A stretch of 64,000 nucleotides of DNA from Camelus dromedarius. Lineage: Eukaryota. This document shows positions 63,485-64,000 of this stretch, one piece after another. Each line of letters opens with the position of its first letter. Position 1 is the first letter of the stretch. Both the position numbers and the translations under genes were made by a program. Where the stretch lies: the NCBI RefSeq assembly GCF_036321535.1, contig NC_087437.1:74154001-74218000 (forward strand), given 5' to 3'. The notes beneath the pieces were generated by a model. The model was not told the DNA's origin and ran no database searches. It was given only the letters and a program-made list of their open reading frames with translations.

Positions 63485-64000
63485 ATTGCTACATTAAGAA
63501 AATTTAAATTCATCGGATACAATTAGGTGTTCATCACAGATTTTTGAGTAGGGGAGGAAAATAATCAGAGTTGTGCTACAAGGAGAAAAGTCAGCTGTGC
63601 TTCCAAACAAACAGAACTGTTAAAGAAACAGAGCCTGAAGGGATTGTCTTGATTGACTTTCTAATGTTAGGTCATAGTTCCTCGAGTGCTCCAAAAACCA
63701 CTCTCCTCTGGTCACTTACAAGTTGAGACGTCCACGAGTTGTGTATGAGATGCCCACTCCCAGTGAAAAACTAACGCCATCTCCTCCCTGTGTGTCCTAA
63801 TGACAGTACATAGTAAGAGTAAGAAAAGCAATAAAGAAAACTAGCATGCTCCCTCGAGAGGCTCCTAGTTGCTAAGATGCATGTCTCGGGAATTCAGCAT
63901 TGTACTGAATTTTGTACAGTGGTACAGTTTGCAAATTGGTCTGTGGGGTCAAACAGGACCCACGGAAAATAGCAACTTTCAGCAAAGGTGACATGTGAAA

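Noticed and set aside
1..64000. ORF-track ORFs of 60-125 aa as host genes
   Set aside because: All are short. Many fall inside L1, L2, LTR or ERV relics (often antisense, Phe/Leu/Ile-rich), and none resembles a cellular protein I recognise or forms a spliceable exon chain.

Overview
AT-rich, CpG-depleted mammalian (eutherian) non-coding DNA, either intergenic or deep intronic. I can support no intact protein-coding gene, RNA gene, CpG island or CRISPR array. The ORF track consists of chance ORFs and broken transposon reading frames. Much of the window is interspersed repeats: MIR, L2, L3/CR1, MER5/MER82 DNA transposons, many L1 pieces, MaLR (MLT1), ERV1-type solo LTRs and ERV-L (MLT2) elements. 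I saw no Alu, B1, Bov-tA, PRE-1 or SINEC elements. Two young L1 3' tails resemble camelid/cetartiodactyl L1, so a camelid-like host is inferred but not proven. The notable structures are: (1) a near-complete, highly decayed two-LTR ERV-L provirus (~19.3-25.8 kb; gag-pro-pol-dUTPase, no env); (2) a 5'-intact, internally deleted L1 nested with a TSD in an MLT1A LTR; (3) a complex templated micro-duplication with an inverted patch at ~32.7 kb; (4) a perfect 19-bp hairpin at ~34.1 kb; (5) a 52-bp L1 tail with a perfect 16-bp TSD. I found no convincing evidence of a new biological system. Repeat family names come from recalled consensus sequences, and most boundaries are approximate.
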